A stretch of 64,000 nt of DNA from Acidimicrobiia bacterium (GTDB lineage: Bacteria; Actinomycetota; Acidimicrobiia; Acidimicrobiales; CATQHL01): NCBI GenBank assembly GCA_009840735.1, contig VXNF01000108.1, positions 10,757-74,756 of the forward strand, written 5' to 3'. The position numbers and the translations under genes are program-made. Shown here one piece after another: positions 53,083 through 61,949 of this stretch. The stretch's first letter is position 1. Every line of letters starts with the position of its first letter. The notes below the pieces were generated by a model. That model was not told where the DNA came from, made no database searches, and worked only from the letters and a program-made list of their open reading frames with translations.

Positions 53083-54384
53083 GTGGGCGCTTCCTGCATC
53101 CTGGCCGACGCGCTGCTGCCCGACGGGCGGCGGGTGGACGTCACTGTCGTTGACGGCGCAGTGGCGTCGGTGGACGAGGTGACGCCTGCCGATCAGGGGA
53201 CTTCGGGGCACCCGAGCGGCCGGGAATTGACCGGCGACCACTTGGCATCGGCGCCAGCGGAGCCTTTCGAGCGCCACGACCTCGGGGGGATGCTGCTGCT
53301 GGGCGGCCTGGCCGAGCCGCATGCCCACCTCGACAAGGCGCTCTCTGCCGAAGTGGTGGTCAACGCCACAGGCGATCTCGTCGGGGCCATCACGGCCTGG
53401 CACGGGGCGCGCGGCGCCATCACCGCCGAGAACACGATGGCGCGGGCGCTGCGCGCCGTCGAGATCGCCGTCGAGCACGGGGTGACCGCCATCCGCAGCC
53501 ACGTCGACGTGGGGGCCGACATCGGCGCCCGCGGTGTGGAGGCCGTCGGCGAGGTCCGACGCCTGTGCCGCCGCGTCGTGGATCTGCAGCTCGTGGCGTT
53601 GGTCGGCGTGCCGCTGACGGGTCCGGAGGGTGCGGGCAACCGGCGCGCCTTAGCGGTCGCCCTGGAGGCCGGCGCCGACCTCGTGGGCGGAGCGCCCGCC
53701 CTGGATCCGAGACCCGCGGAGTACGTGACCGTGTGCCTCGACGCGGCCGCTGAGGCGGCGCTGCCCGTCGACCTGCACATCGACGAGACGCTCGACCCGC
53801 AGGCGCGGGCTGTCGTCCATTTGGCCCGCGGTGTCCTCGACCACGGGTTCCCGCACCCGGTGACAGCGAGCCACTGCGTGAGCCTCGGCATGATGTCTGA
53901 GGCTGAGCAACGAGAGATCGCCGCTCTCGTGGCCGCGGCGGGTGTCGGCGTGGTGACCCTGCCGCAGACGAACCTGTTCCTGCAGGGCCGCGGTCTCCGC
54001 ACCGCCCCGCCGCGGGGACTCACCGCCCTGGAGGCGCTGGCGGAGGCGGGCGTGCGGGTGGCCGGCGGGGGCGACAACCTGCAAGATCCCTTCAACCTCA
54101 TGGGCCGCGGCGACCCGTTCGAGACCGCCTCGCTGCTGGTGACCGCCGGCCATCTGCGACCCGATGACGCCTTGCGGCAGGTGTCCGCGAGCGCCCGAGA
54201 CGTCATGGGGCTGCCTGCCGCCGAGCCGATCCCCGGCGCGGTCGCCGACTTCGTGGCCGTGGCCGCCGGTTCGGTCCGCCAGGCCATCGCCGCGGCACCC
54301 GGCACCCGCAAGACTTTCAAGGCCGGCCGCCTCGTGGCCCACACCGCCCACCGCGTGGTCGTCCCCGGCGCGCCGCCCGCCTGA
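53083..54384 (+). CDS. Amidohydrolase, cytosine deaminase-like
   Basis: GTG 53083. GGLAEPHAHLDKA (HxH), VDLHIDE, TASHC, GGDN. The upstream part of the 600-aa track ORF is antisense to the reductase gene. Confidence 0.75.
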   Translation: MGASCILADALLPDGRRVDVTVVDGAVASVDEVTPADQGTSGHPSGRELTGDHLASAPAEPFERHDLGGMLLLGGLAEPHAHLDKALSAEVVVNATGDLVGAITAWHGARGAITAENTMARALRAVEIAVEHGVTAIRSHVDVGADIGARGVEAVGEVRRLCRRVVDLQLVALVGVPLTGPEGAGNRRALAVALEAGADLVGGAPALDPRPAEYVTVCLDAAAEAALPVDLHIDETLDPQARAVVHLARGVLDHGFPHPVTASHCVSLGMMSEAEQREIAALVAAAGVGVVTLPQTNLFLQGRGLRTAPPRGLTALEALAEAGVRVAGGGDNLQDPFNLMGRGDPFETASLLVTAGHLRPDDALRQVSASARDVMGLPAAEPIPGAVADFVAVAAGSVRQAIAAAPGTRKTFKAGRLVAHTAHRVVVPGAPPA

Positions 54385-54659
54385 GCGGGCCGCCCACGGC
54401 GCGCGCAGCGCGGCGACACCGCCCCCGTCAGCACTGATCGCAGGCTCGAAGGCCTTGTCGTCGGATTCCGGCTCAGGCCAATACACGGCCGTTGGAGGCA
54501 ACGCTGGCAACGAAGGTGCAGACGGTCTGTGCAGTACTAGACATACGAATTGAGTATTAGTGGCCAGTCCATCTGTGCATTAGGTGATACACTCTGGGTA
54601 TTGATCTGATCCGGAGACACCTGCAGCCTCGCGTTGAGGAGGCTCTGGAGTGGTCCCGT

Positions 54660-55853
54660 GTGGTTCTGCTGCACGGTGCTCGGCAGTGCGGGAAGACGAC
54701 GCTGGCGCGGATGATCGCCGAGCGTCGGCTGGGCACATATGTATCGCTCGATGACGAGGCGGAGTTGCGGATTGCGCAGGCCGATCCGATCACCTTCCTG
54801 CTCGGCAGGCGCCATCCGCTGATTGTGGACGAGATCCAGCTTGGTGGCGATCGCGTCGTCCGCGCCGTGAAGCAACTCGTGGATGCCGATCGCACGCCGG
54901 GACGGTTCCTGCTGACCGGGTCTACCAACTTCCTATCCGTGCCGACCATCAGCGAGTCGCTGGCGGGGCGGGTGCAGATCTTCCATCTCGGGCCGCTGTC
55001 GGAGGCCGAACTGGCCGGCGTCCCGCCGACGGCGATCGACGCCTGGTTCGAGGGTGCGCCCGAGACAACGGCGGCGGGGCGCACGTCGCGCGACGAGTAC
55101 CTCACGCTCGTGTGCCGCGGCGGTTATCCCGAAGTGGTCGGCCTCGCCCCGGATCGTCGCCGGCGATGGTTCCGGGGCTATGTCGAGACGGTGACCCAGC
55201 GCGATATTGCGGCCCTCGCCGACGTGCGCAGGATCGCCGCGCTGCCCGCTCTGTTGCGGTGGACCGCCGGGATGACCTCGGGCCACGTCAACCTGTCGAA
55301 CGCGGCGAGGAGATTGCAGACCAGCCGCGCGGCCATCATGTCGTACTTCGAGTGGTTGCAGACAGTCTTCCTGATCTACGAGCTCCCGCCGTGGTCCCGC
55401 CACCTGCCGGGCAGGCCGGTGCGCCGCTCCAAGTACCACATCACCGACAGCGGGTTGGCCGCCGCTCTCTTGGCGGTGGATGCGCCCGCCCTCGCCGCAC
55501 CCACTGCGCCGGCAGCCGGGTCGCTGCTGGAGACGTTCACGGTGAACGAGGTCGCCCGCCAAGTCTCCGCCTCGGCGCGGGACTGCACGCTCTGGCACTA
55601 CCGGGACAATCAAGGCCGCGAGGTCGCCCTCGTGCTGGAGGACCCCGGCGGGGCCGTGGTCGCCGTCGAGGCGAAGGCGACGCAATCGCCCGATCCCCGG
55701 CAACTGCGACCGCTTGCCTGGCTGCGCGACCGTCTCGACGCCGTCGCGCCGGGCACCTTCCGGGCCGGCGTGCTGCTCCACACCGGCCATCAGTCCGGCA
55801 AACTGGACGACCGGCTTCACCTGCAACCCATCGACTCCCTCTGGACGGCCTGA
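54660..55853 (+). CDS. COG1373-type AAA ATPase with DUF4143 domain, paralog 2 (nuclease-motif Asp replaced)
   Basis: GARQCGKTT, LIVDEIQ, C-terminal GREVALVLE...VAVEAKA. The homologous N-terminal stretch LIRRHLQPRVEEAL lies upstream of the first canonical start (GTG 54660), after a TGA at 54585. Confidence 0.75.
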   Translation: MVLLHGARQCGKTTLARMIAERRLGTYVSLDDEAELRIAQADPITFLLGRRHPLIVDEIQLGGDRVVRAVKQLVDADRTPGRFLLTGSTNFLSVPTISESLAGRVQIFHLGPLSEAELAGVPPTAIDAWFEGAPETTAAGRTSRDEYLTLVCRGGYPEVVGLAPDRRRRWFRGYVETVTQRDIAALADVRRIAALPALLRWTAGMTSGHVNLSNAARRLQTSRAAIMSYFEWLQTVFLIYELPPWSRHLPGRPVRRSKYHITDSGLAAALLAVDAPALAAPTAPAAGSLLETFTVNEVARQVSASARDCTLWHYRDNQGREVALVLEDPGGAVVAVEAKATQSPDPRQLRPLAWLRDRLDAVAPGTFRAGVLLHTGHQSGKLDDRLHLQPIDSLWTA

Positions 55854-56074
55854 GGGCTCCGAGTCCGTGTCGATCAGTCACGCTTGGCGGACGACTTGAA
55901 CCGGAGGCCGGCGCGGAACCCAGGCAGCACACGGCGGCGCCGCCCAATCGTCCGGGCTTTTCGGTCGTGCATGCAGGGTCGCGTGAGTTAGGCGCCGAAG
56001 GCCGCGATAAACCGGTACCATAAGCCGCGCAGCTTATGCACTATGAGCCGCGTGAGAACGGTATAGTCCCTGTT

Positions 56075-57301
56075 GTGGGCACCTATCTGCCGCGGTTGGT
56101 GGACCCGTGGCTCGCCCGGCTGTTGGCGGGGCTGCCGGCGCTGATGATCACCGGGGCGCGGGCCACGGGAAAGACCACGACCGCGCTGCGCCATGCCGCC
56201 GAGGTGGTGCGCCTCGACGTCGGCCACGAGGCGACCCCGTTCCGGGCCGATCCCGACGCCGCCCTGCGCAACCGCCGGGAGCCCCTGCTGCTCGACGAGT
56301 GGCAGGAGTGCGCCGACGTGCTCGGCGCCGTCAAGCGCGCGGTCGACCAGGATCGCCGCCCAGGTCGTTTCATCCTGACCGGTTCGGTCCGGGCCGAGAC
56401 GGATCCACGTTCGTGGCCCGGAGTGGGGCGAGTCGTCACCGTCGAGATGCACCCGCTGACCGTACGGGAACAACTCGGATACGACGGTCCGCTGTTCTTG
56501 GACCGTCTGTTGGGCGGGGAGCTTCCGGGGCGCTTGCCCGATGCCCCCGACCTGCGGGACTACGTGGGGATCGCGCTGCGCGGCGGGTTCCCCGACGCGG
56601 CCACCGAGAGCGACGAGATTCTGCGCGGCGCCTGGCTCGCCGACTACGCGCGCAGGCTGGGCGAGGAACGCCCGGGGCCTCCCAACGGTGTGGACGGCAA
56701 CCGGCTCGGGCGCTTTCTGAACGCCTACGCCTTGAACTCGGCCGGCATCGTGACCGACAACGCCCTCTGGCAGACAGCCGGCATCAACCGCCGCACCGCC
56801 GACTCGTATGTGAGACTGCTGACCAACCTCGGCGTCATCGCCGAGGTGCCGGCGTGGAGCAGCAACCGTCTGAAGCGTCTCACACGCGGCCCCAAGCGCT
56901 TCATTGCCGACGCCGGGTTGTGGGGCGCGATCACCGACGCCGACGAGGCGCTGGTCATGAGCGACGGCAACCTTCTCGGACGATTGATCGAGACCTTCGT
57001 GACCAGCCAACTTAGGGCTGAGTTGAGCGCGTCGGCTCGCCCGCCGCGGCTCTACCACCTGCGCGACGGCGCCGGGCGCCACGAGGTCGACCTCATCATC
57101 GACCTGGGCCACCGCGGCCTCGTCGCCTTGGAGATCGAGGCCAAGGGGGCGGTCGGCGCGGCAGACGCCCGGCACCTGGTGTGGCTGCGCGACCAGCTGG
57201 GCGATCAGGTCCTAGCCGCCGCCGTCTTCCACACCGGCCCGGCGCGCTACCGCCTCGCTGACGGCGTCGACGCCATCCCCATCTGCGCGCTGTGGACGTG
57301 A
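56075..57301 (+). CDS. COG1373-type AAA ATPase with DUF4143 domain, paralog 3
   Basis: GTG 56075 (VGTYLPRLVD...). GARATGKTT, LLLDEWQ, HEVDLIID...LEIEAKG. High similarity to paralog 1. Confidence 0.8.
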   Translation: MGTYLPRLVDPWLARLLAGLPALMITGARATGKTTTALRHAAEVVRLDVGHEATPFRADPDAALRNRREPLLLDEWQECADVLGAVKRAVDQDRRPGRFILTGSVRAETDPRSWPGVGRVVTVEMHPLTVREQLGYDGPLFLDRLLGGELPGRLPDAPDLRDYVGIALRGGFPDAATESDEILRGAWLADYARRLGEERPGPPNGVDGNRLGRFLNAYALNSAGIVTDNALWQTAGINRRTADSYVRLLTNLGVIAEVPAWSSNRLKRLTRGPKRFIADAGLWGAITDADEALVMSDGNLLGRLIETFVTSQLRAELSASARPPRLYHLRDGAGRHEVDLIIDLGHRGLVALEIEAKGAVGAADARHLVWLRDQLGDQVLAAAVFHTGPARYRLADGVDAIPICALWT

Positions 57302-57354
57302 CCGAGCCTGCGCCTCGGCGGAGCGCCCGCGACGATGACCTCGACCGCCCTCCG

Positions 57355-58317
57355 ATGAGCGCCGCCGGAACGCGCATCCCCTGGGGCGTTTGGTTCGAGC
57401 CGACGCAGCCGGTGCCCCGTCTCGTGGCCTTGGCGGCGTTGGCAGAGCGGCTCGGCGCCGAGGTGCGCCTGGTGGCTGACGAGGGGACCGAGCGAGACGT
57501 CTACGTGGCGCTGACCGCCATCGTCACTGCCACCGAGAGCCTCGTGGTGGGGCCGGCCATCACGAACCCGTTCTCGCGGCACCCCGTCACGACCGCCGCG
57601 GCGGTGGCGACGCTGGCCGAGATGGCGCCGGGGCGCGTGTGGCACGGCCTCGGCGTCGGGGGAAGCCGGGTCTTGGCACCGCTGGGGCTCGAGCCTCGGC
57701 GCCCCTACTCGGCTCTCGTGGAGGCGTTCGCGGCCAACCGTCGCCTGCTGGGCGGCCGGCGGGCCGGGCCGGCGTCTCTGGGCTGGTTCGATGGCGACGT
57801 GCCCATGGCGGTGGCGGGTCGGGGGCCGCGGGTGCAGCGTTTCGCCGCCGCCGAGGCCGACTGGGTGATCCTCTCCGCCAAGGCGCTGGCAGACCTGCCC
57901 GAGACCGCCAGGACCATCCGCAGCGCCGGCGGTGCCCGCATCGCCTGGTCGGCCTACTTGGCCTACGACGACCCCGAGCGCCGCCGCGCCCTGCGGCACT
58001 TCGCCTACATGGCCCTCGACGCCCCCGCCGGGGTCCGCCGCCAGGTCGGCCTAGACGAGCTGCGGGCCGCCCGCGTGCGCCGCGCCATGCTCGCCGGACG
58101 CTTAGACGAGGCCGCCGAACACCTCCCCGAGTCGCTGCTCGACCTCTACGCGGTCACCGGCACGCCCGACGAGTGCGCCGCCCGGATCGCCGGCTTGCGC
58201 GGTTCGTTCGACCTGTTCGTGCTGCCCATGAACGACGAGGAGACCTGCGAGTCACACATCGAATCTTCCGCCGCGATCCTCGCCCACGCCTCCAAGCTGT
58301 CGGCAGCGGCTGACTGA
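57355..58317 (+). CDS. LLM-class flavin/F420-dependent oxidoreductase
   Basis: MSAAGTRIPWGVWFEP..., TIM-barrel LLM pattern (VADEG..., GLGVGGS). The track start at 57292 overlaps the upstream gene. Confidence 0.7.
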   Translation: MSAAGTRIPWGVWFEPTQPVPRLVALAALAERLGAEVRLVADEGTERDVYVALTAIVTATESLVVGPAITNPFSRHPVTTAAAVATLAEMAPGRVWHGLGVGGSRVLAPLGLEPRRPYSALVEAFAANRRLLGGRRAGPASLGWFDGDVPMAVAGRGPRVQRFAAAEADWVILSAKALADLPETARTIRSAGGARIAWSAYLAYDDPERRRALRHFAYMALDAPAGVRRQVGLDELRAARVRRAMLAGRLDEAAEHLPESLLDLYAVTGTPDECAARIAGLRGSFDLFVLPMNDEETCESHIESSAAILAHASKLSAAAD

Positions 58318-58352
58318 CGTCTAAACCATACGAATTGCCAAATACCGGAGGC

Positions 58353-59042
58353 TCAGGTGCCCGGGGGAGCGGTGTCGTCGGCTAACAGCTGAGTGAAGGC
58401 GGCGACGATGTCGGCGTGCCGCCCTCGGAAAAACGACGTGACCGTGTCCCGGATCTCAGGACCGAAGGCGGCGCACATGGCCGGATCGTCGTGCAGGTAG
58501 CGGTAGTCCGTCAAGTGGCGCAGGAACCCGCGCACAGCCTCCAAGTCGAGATCGATCGCGTGCCTCCGCAGGTACAGGAGGATCCCCTGCTCGACGGTGA
58601 TGCCGCCGTGCGTCTCTATGTACATCACGTCGACGAAGTCGCGAAGCTGCTTGCGGTTCTCGATGGCCCGGTACTTGGCGGCGGCGATGTCTTGCAGCGA
58701 GCCGACAAGCAGCGAGTCCACGCGCATCACCGGCCCGAGGCGGAACTCGCTGGCGTCGCTGACGATGTCGACCTTCACGTCCTCGAACGTTCCGCGGACC
58801 ATGCGGTCCGACGCGGTTTCGCAATGGAACGCGCCGAGATCCGAGAGAGCCGCGGTGAGGCGCGAGGCCTCGAGCCGCACGGGCACGAAGAAGTCAAGGT
58901 CTTCGCTCAGGCGGTGACGGAGCCAGACGGCGAGCCCTGTCCCCCCCATCAGGATGCTGCCCGCGGGCAGGATGCCGGCGATCTTCGGCCAAGCGTCGAT
59001 CGTGCCCGCCGGGAGCACGTCGGCGTAGTCAGCCAGTGCCAC
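58353..59042 (-). CDS. AbiEii/AbiGii-family nucleotidyltransferase toxin-like protein (DUF1814)
   Basis: ILMGGTGLAVWLRHRLSEDLDFFV (NTase G..G / DxD context), later AAKYRAIENRKQLRDFVDV. Confidence 0.75.
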   Translation of the reverse strand: MALADYADVLPAGTIDAWPKIAGILPAGSILMGGTGLAVWLRHRLSEDLDFFVPVRLEASRLTAALSDLGAFHCETASDRMVRGTFEDVKVDIVSDASEFRLGPVMRVDSLLVGSLQDIAAAKYRAIENRKQLRDFVDVMYIETHGGITVEQGILLYLRRHAIDLDLEAVRGFLRHLTDYRYLHDDPAMCAAFGPEIRDTVTSFFRGRHADIVAAFTQLLADDTAPPGT

Positions 59043-59631
59043 CTGTTCGGCTCGTTAGCGCGTCGCGGATCATCAGGCACCTGTCTTCGGGGAGATGCGG
59101 TGTTTCCGCGACACGCTTCAACGCGGCGCTCGGCAGGGTCTGCAACGCCCACCCCCACGACGTCACGTCGCCGCTCATGAGGATCTGCTCGGCGACGAGG
59201 GCGGCGTCACGCGGCAGCCGGTAGAGGCAGGTGTCGCCCCACCAGAACAGGTGCCGGAACCGCTCCGGCAGCTCTTGGGGCATCGGGCCTGCCGGGACCG
59301 CAGGAAGCTGAGTCCGGCGCAGCACCTCCGGCACGCGCCACCACGCCGAGGTAGCCAGCGTCCAGACCGATTCTCGCCGGACCGGCCGCGACGGCACGGT
59401 CTCATCCTCGCAGGCCACAAGGCCCTCTTCGAGCAGGTAGTCGAGTGCCACGGCGGCCTCCGAGGGAGACACATCGGCGGCCAACGCGACCGACGCCACC
59501 GGATAGAGCCCCAGCGGTCGCTTCGACAGGGCGGCCAGCACCCGCTGCTCCGGCACCGACAGCACGAGGGAATCCCCGCTCGCCGCTGCGGGCGGGGCGC
59601 TCTTGCTGGCGGCGGTGATCGCCGTGGCCAT
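59029..59631 (-). CDS. Putative wHTH antitoxin/partner of the AbiEii-like NTase
   Basis: ATG 59631. wHTH-like EQRVLAALSKRPLGLYPVASVALAADVSPSEAAVALDYLLEEGLV. 14-nt overlap with the downstream NTase gene. Confidence 0.5.
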   Translation of the reverse strand: MATAITAASKSAPPAAASGDSLVLSVPEQRVLAALSKRPLGLYPVASVALAADVSPSEAAVALDYLLEEGLVACEDETVPSRPVRRESVWTLATSAWWRVPEVLRRTQLPAVPAGPMPQELPERFRHLFWWGDTCLYRLPRDAALVAEQILMSGDVTSWGWALQTLPSAALKRVAETPHLPEDRCLMIRDALTSRTGGTG

Positions 59632-59666
59632 CGGTGCGATCGTAACCCTGGCGTCGGCCTGATCGG

Positions 59667-61910
59667 TCAGAGCTGCGGTGGCGCCGTGAGCTTGTCGACG
59701 CCGACGTAGACGAACTCCCACGGCTCGGGATCGGGCCCCAGGTTCTCGACTCCGGCGGGATAGCTTGGTATGAAGCCGTACCTCTTGGCCTGCCGGAAGT
59801 TGTCGGCGGCCAACCAGGCGTAGGCTTCGGAGTACTTGAAGTCGTTGATCCCGTAGCCGGGAGTCTCCAGATCGACCGCGTATCCGGTCTGGTGGCGCGA
59901 GTAACCGGGCGGGGCGACCACCCGCAGCGCTCGCCAGATCCTCTCGGCCGTGAAGGGCGCCTTCAGGTGGCGGAACAGCAGCAGCTCCTGGACGTCGAAT
60001 CCACGGTAGGCCGACCTCAGAATGAGTTGATGGCCCGCCTGGCGGGCCGCGGCGCGGAGAGCCTCATAGGCGCCTGCCGCCTTCGGTTGCAGCAGCTTCT
60101 GGTCGACGCTCACCAACTCGTCGGTGGAGGCGACCACCGGCTGGAGCCGATAGCCCCGATCCGCAGCGACCGCTTGAATGCGCTGGTCTGTCTGGGCGTC
60201 GCCGGTGATGGCGGGTGCTTCGGAAAGGCCTAACAGGTTGGGCAACGTGACCGAATCCAGCAATTGCTTGAACTGTGGGCCGGAGAATTGCCGAAGCTGC
60301 GCAACGGCTTGCGCGGTCGAGTCCGACGAGTCTTCCTCTGGTGGGTCCGCCCCCGATGTGGCCGAGGTCGACGTGGCCGGAGCCGCCGTGTCCAACCGCG
60401 ATGTGGCCTCGTCCGGCTTGCGCAGCCGAGGAGTGAGGTCATAGGGCGTTGTGCCCATGTGCCGCTCGCAGTCGCCCTCGATGAGGTCGCTGAGTCGGTC
60501 GATCCGCCAGCCCCCCGAGGCTGGCTGCGGCGCCCCGTTCTTGTCGAGCAGGTGCGGGTGGAACTCCCAGCCGACGATCCGATCACCGGCGAAGTCGATC
60601 TGCAGGACGCCCGTCTCGCCGCTGATGCCACTCCTTGCGTGCCACACGAAGTTGCCCAGCGAGTAGGCCACTAGCTTTCCGCGGTCGAACTCGATCGCCT
60701 GCAGGACGTGGGGATGGTGACCGATGACGGCATCGGCGCCGGCGTCGAGCAGGTCCTGCGCGAACGTCTGCTGCGCGGCGCTCGGGCATGTGGCCACTTC
60801 GACGCCCCAATGGACCGCGACGATGACGACGTCCGCCTCCCCTGAGGCAGTGCGCACGCTCTCCAGGACGCGTTCGGGTTCGGTGGCCGAGGCGATGCCG
60901 GGCGAGTCGGCGCCGGCGGGGAAACTCCAGGGCACGATCATGGAGGCCCCGACGAACGCCACGGTCACGGCCCCGTGGACCTCCAGGAGACGGTGCCGGT
61001 AGGCCTCGGCGGCGTTGGCGCCCGCCCCGAGGGCGACCACGCCGGCAGCCTCCAACGAGGCGATCGTGTCGGCGAGGGCCACCGGGCCGTAGTCCTTGGC
61101 GTGGTTGTTGGCCAGGTTGGCCACGTCGATCCCGGCGTGGCCGATCCGCTGCGCCGCCGACGAGGGGGCGCGGAACGTGAACTGCTTGCCGGTCGGCGCG
61201 CCGCGGTCGCTGATCGCCATCTCGACGTTCACGACGGCGAGGTCGCCCGAGGCCAAGGGTGGCTCGATGTCCGCGAACGGGTCGATCCCGGCCGGCTCGG
61301 TGCGGTCCATCAGCACGTCGCCGCCGGCGAGCAACGTCCACCTCGGCAGCGTCGAGTCGGGTGTCGTGCCCGCGAGCGTCAGGCGCGAACTGCTGCGCCA
61401 GCGTCCCGGCGCGGCGTCGGCGGGGACAAAGCGTCTCAGCGGCAGTCGGCGGGTTTCCCAGGTTCCCTCGGTCCGTCGCTGGAGCGAGAGCTCGATGCCC
61501 CCGCCGTCGGCGAGCCGCGCCGCCACGCGCAGCTGCATGCCGGCGATCCGCAGAGAGGAGCTATTGCGCCAGCGTCCCGGCGCGGCGTCGGCGGGGATGA
61601 AGCGTCTCGCAGGCAGTTGGCGGTCCCCCCAGATTCCCTCCTGCCGCTGCTGGAGCGCGAACTCCATGTTGCCGCTGGCGAGTGTGCGCGCCGCGAGACG
61701 CACCTGCAGGCTCTCGTCCAGATACGCCGCCGAACCCGCGGGGTTGGGGAGTTCGGCGGTATCGGCTGAGGCCTGAACGGTGGGTCCCACCTGGGCCGTC
61801 GCGGCGCCGGAGACACAGGTCGCGAGGATGGCGGCGACGAGCAGGCACCGCAGCAGCCGCCCGACCGCCCCGCGCCGGCCCGCCGCGCCACTGCTGGCGG
61901 CAGCCCTCAT
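59667..61910 (-). CDS. Secreted multidomain protein: 2 x 57-aa repeat + CapA/PGA_cap metallophosphatase-like domain + VanY/M15 D-Ala-D-Ala carboxypeptidase-like domain
   Basis: Signal peptide LLRCLLVAAILATCVSGAATA. CapA strings NLANNHAKDYG and VIGHHPHVLQ. M15 strings SAYRGF, SRHQTGYAVD and PWEFVY. Confidence 0.8.
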   Translation of the reverse strand: MRAAASSGAAGRRGAVGRLLRCLLVAAILATCVSGAATAQVGPTVQASADTAELPNPAGSAAYLDESLQVRLAARTLASGNMEFALQQRQEGIWGDRQLPARRFIPADAAPGRWRNSSSLRIAGMQLRVAARLADGGGIELSLQRRTEGTWETRRLPLRRFVPADAAPGRWRSSSRLTLAGTTPDSTLPRWTLLAGGDVLMDRTEPAGIDPFADIEPPLASGDLAVVNVEMAISDRGAPTGKQFTFRAPSSAAQRIGHAGIDVANLANNHAKDYGPVALADTIASLEAAGVVALGAGANAAEAYRHRLLEVHGAVTVAFVGASMIVPWSFPAGADSPGIASATEPERVLESVRTASGEADVVIVAVHWGVEVATCPSAAQQTFAQDLLDAGADAVIGHHPHVLQAIEFDRGKLVAYSLGNFVWHARSGISGETGVLQIDFAGDRIVGWEFHPHLLDKNGAPQPASGGWRIDRLSDLIEGDCERHMGTTPYDLTPRLRKPDEATSRLDTAAPATSTSATSGADPPEEDSSDSTAQAVAQLRQFSGPQFKQLLDSVTLPNLLGLSEAPAITGDAQTDQRIQAVAADRGYRLQPVVASTDELVSVDQKLLQPKAAGAYEALRAAARQAGHQLILRSAYRGFDVQELLLFRHLKAPFTAERIWRALRVVAPPGYSRHQTGYAVDLETPGYGINDFKYSEAYAWLAADNFRQAKRYGFIPSYPAGVENLGPDPEPWEFVYVGVDKLTAPPQL
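61368..61709 (-). repeat. Tandem 171-bp (57-codon) duplication inside the CapA-VanY gene
   Basis: The 32-nt block gcgccagcgtcccggcgcggcgtcggcgggga occurs at 61395 and 61566. Protein units: ...RRFIPADAAPGRWRNSSSLRIAG / ...RRFVPADAAPGRWRSSSRLTLAG. Confidence 0.7.
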
Positions 61911-61949
61911 AGGCGGGGGGTGCTCGCCAGAATCGCCCTGCGGTTCCGG

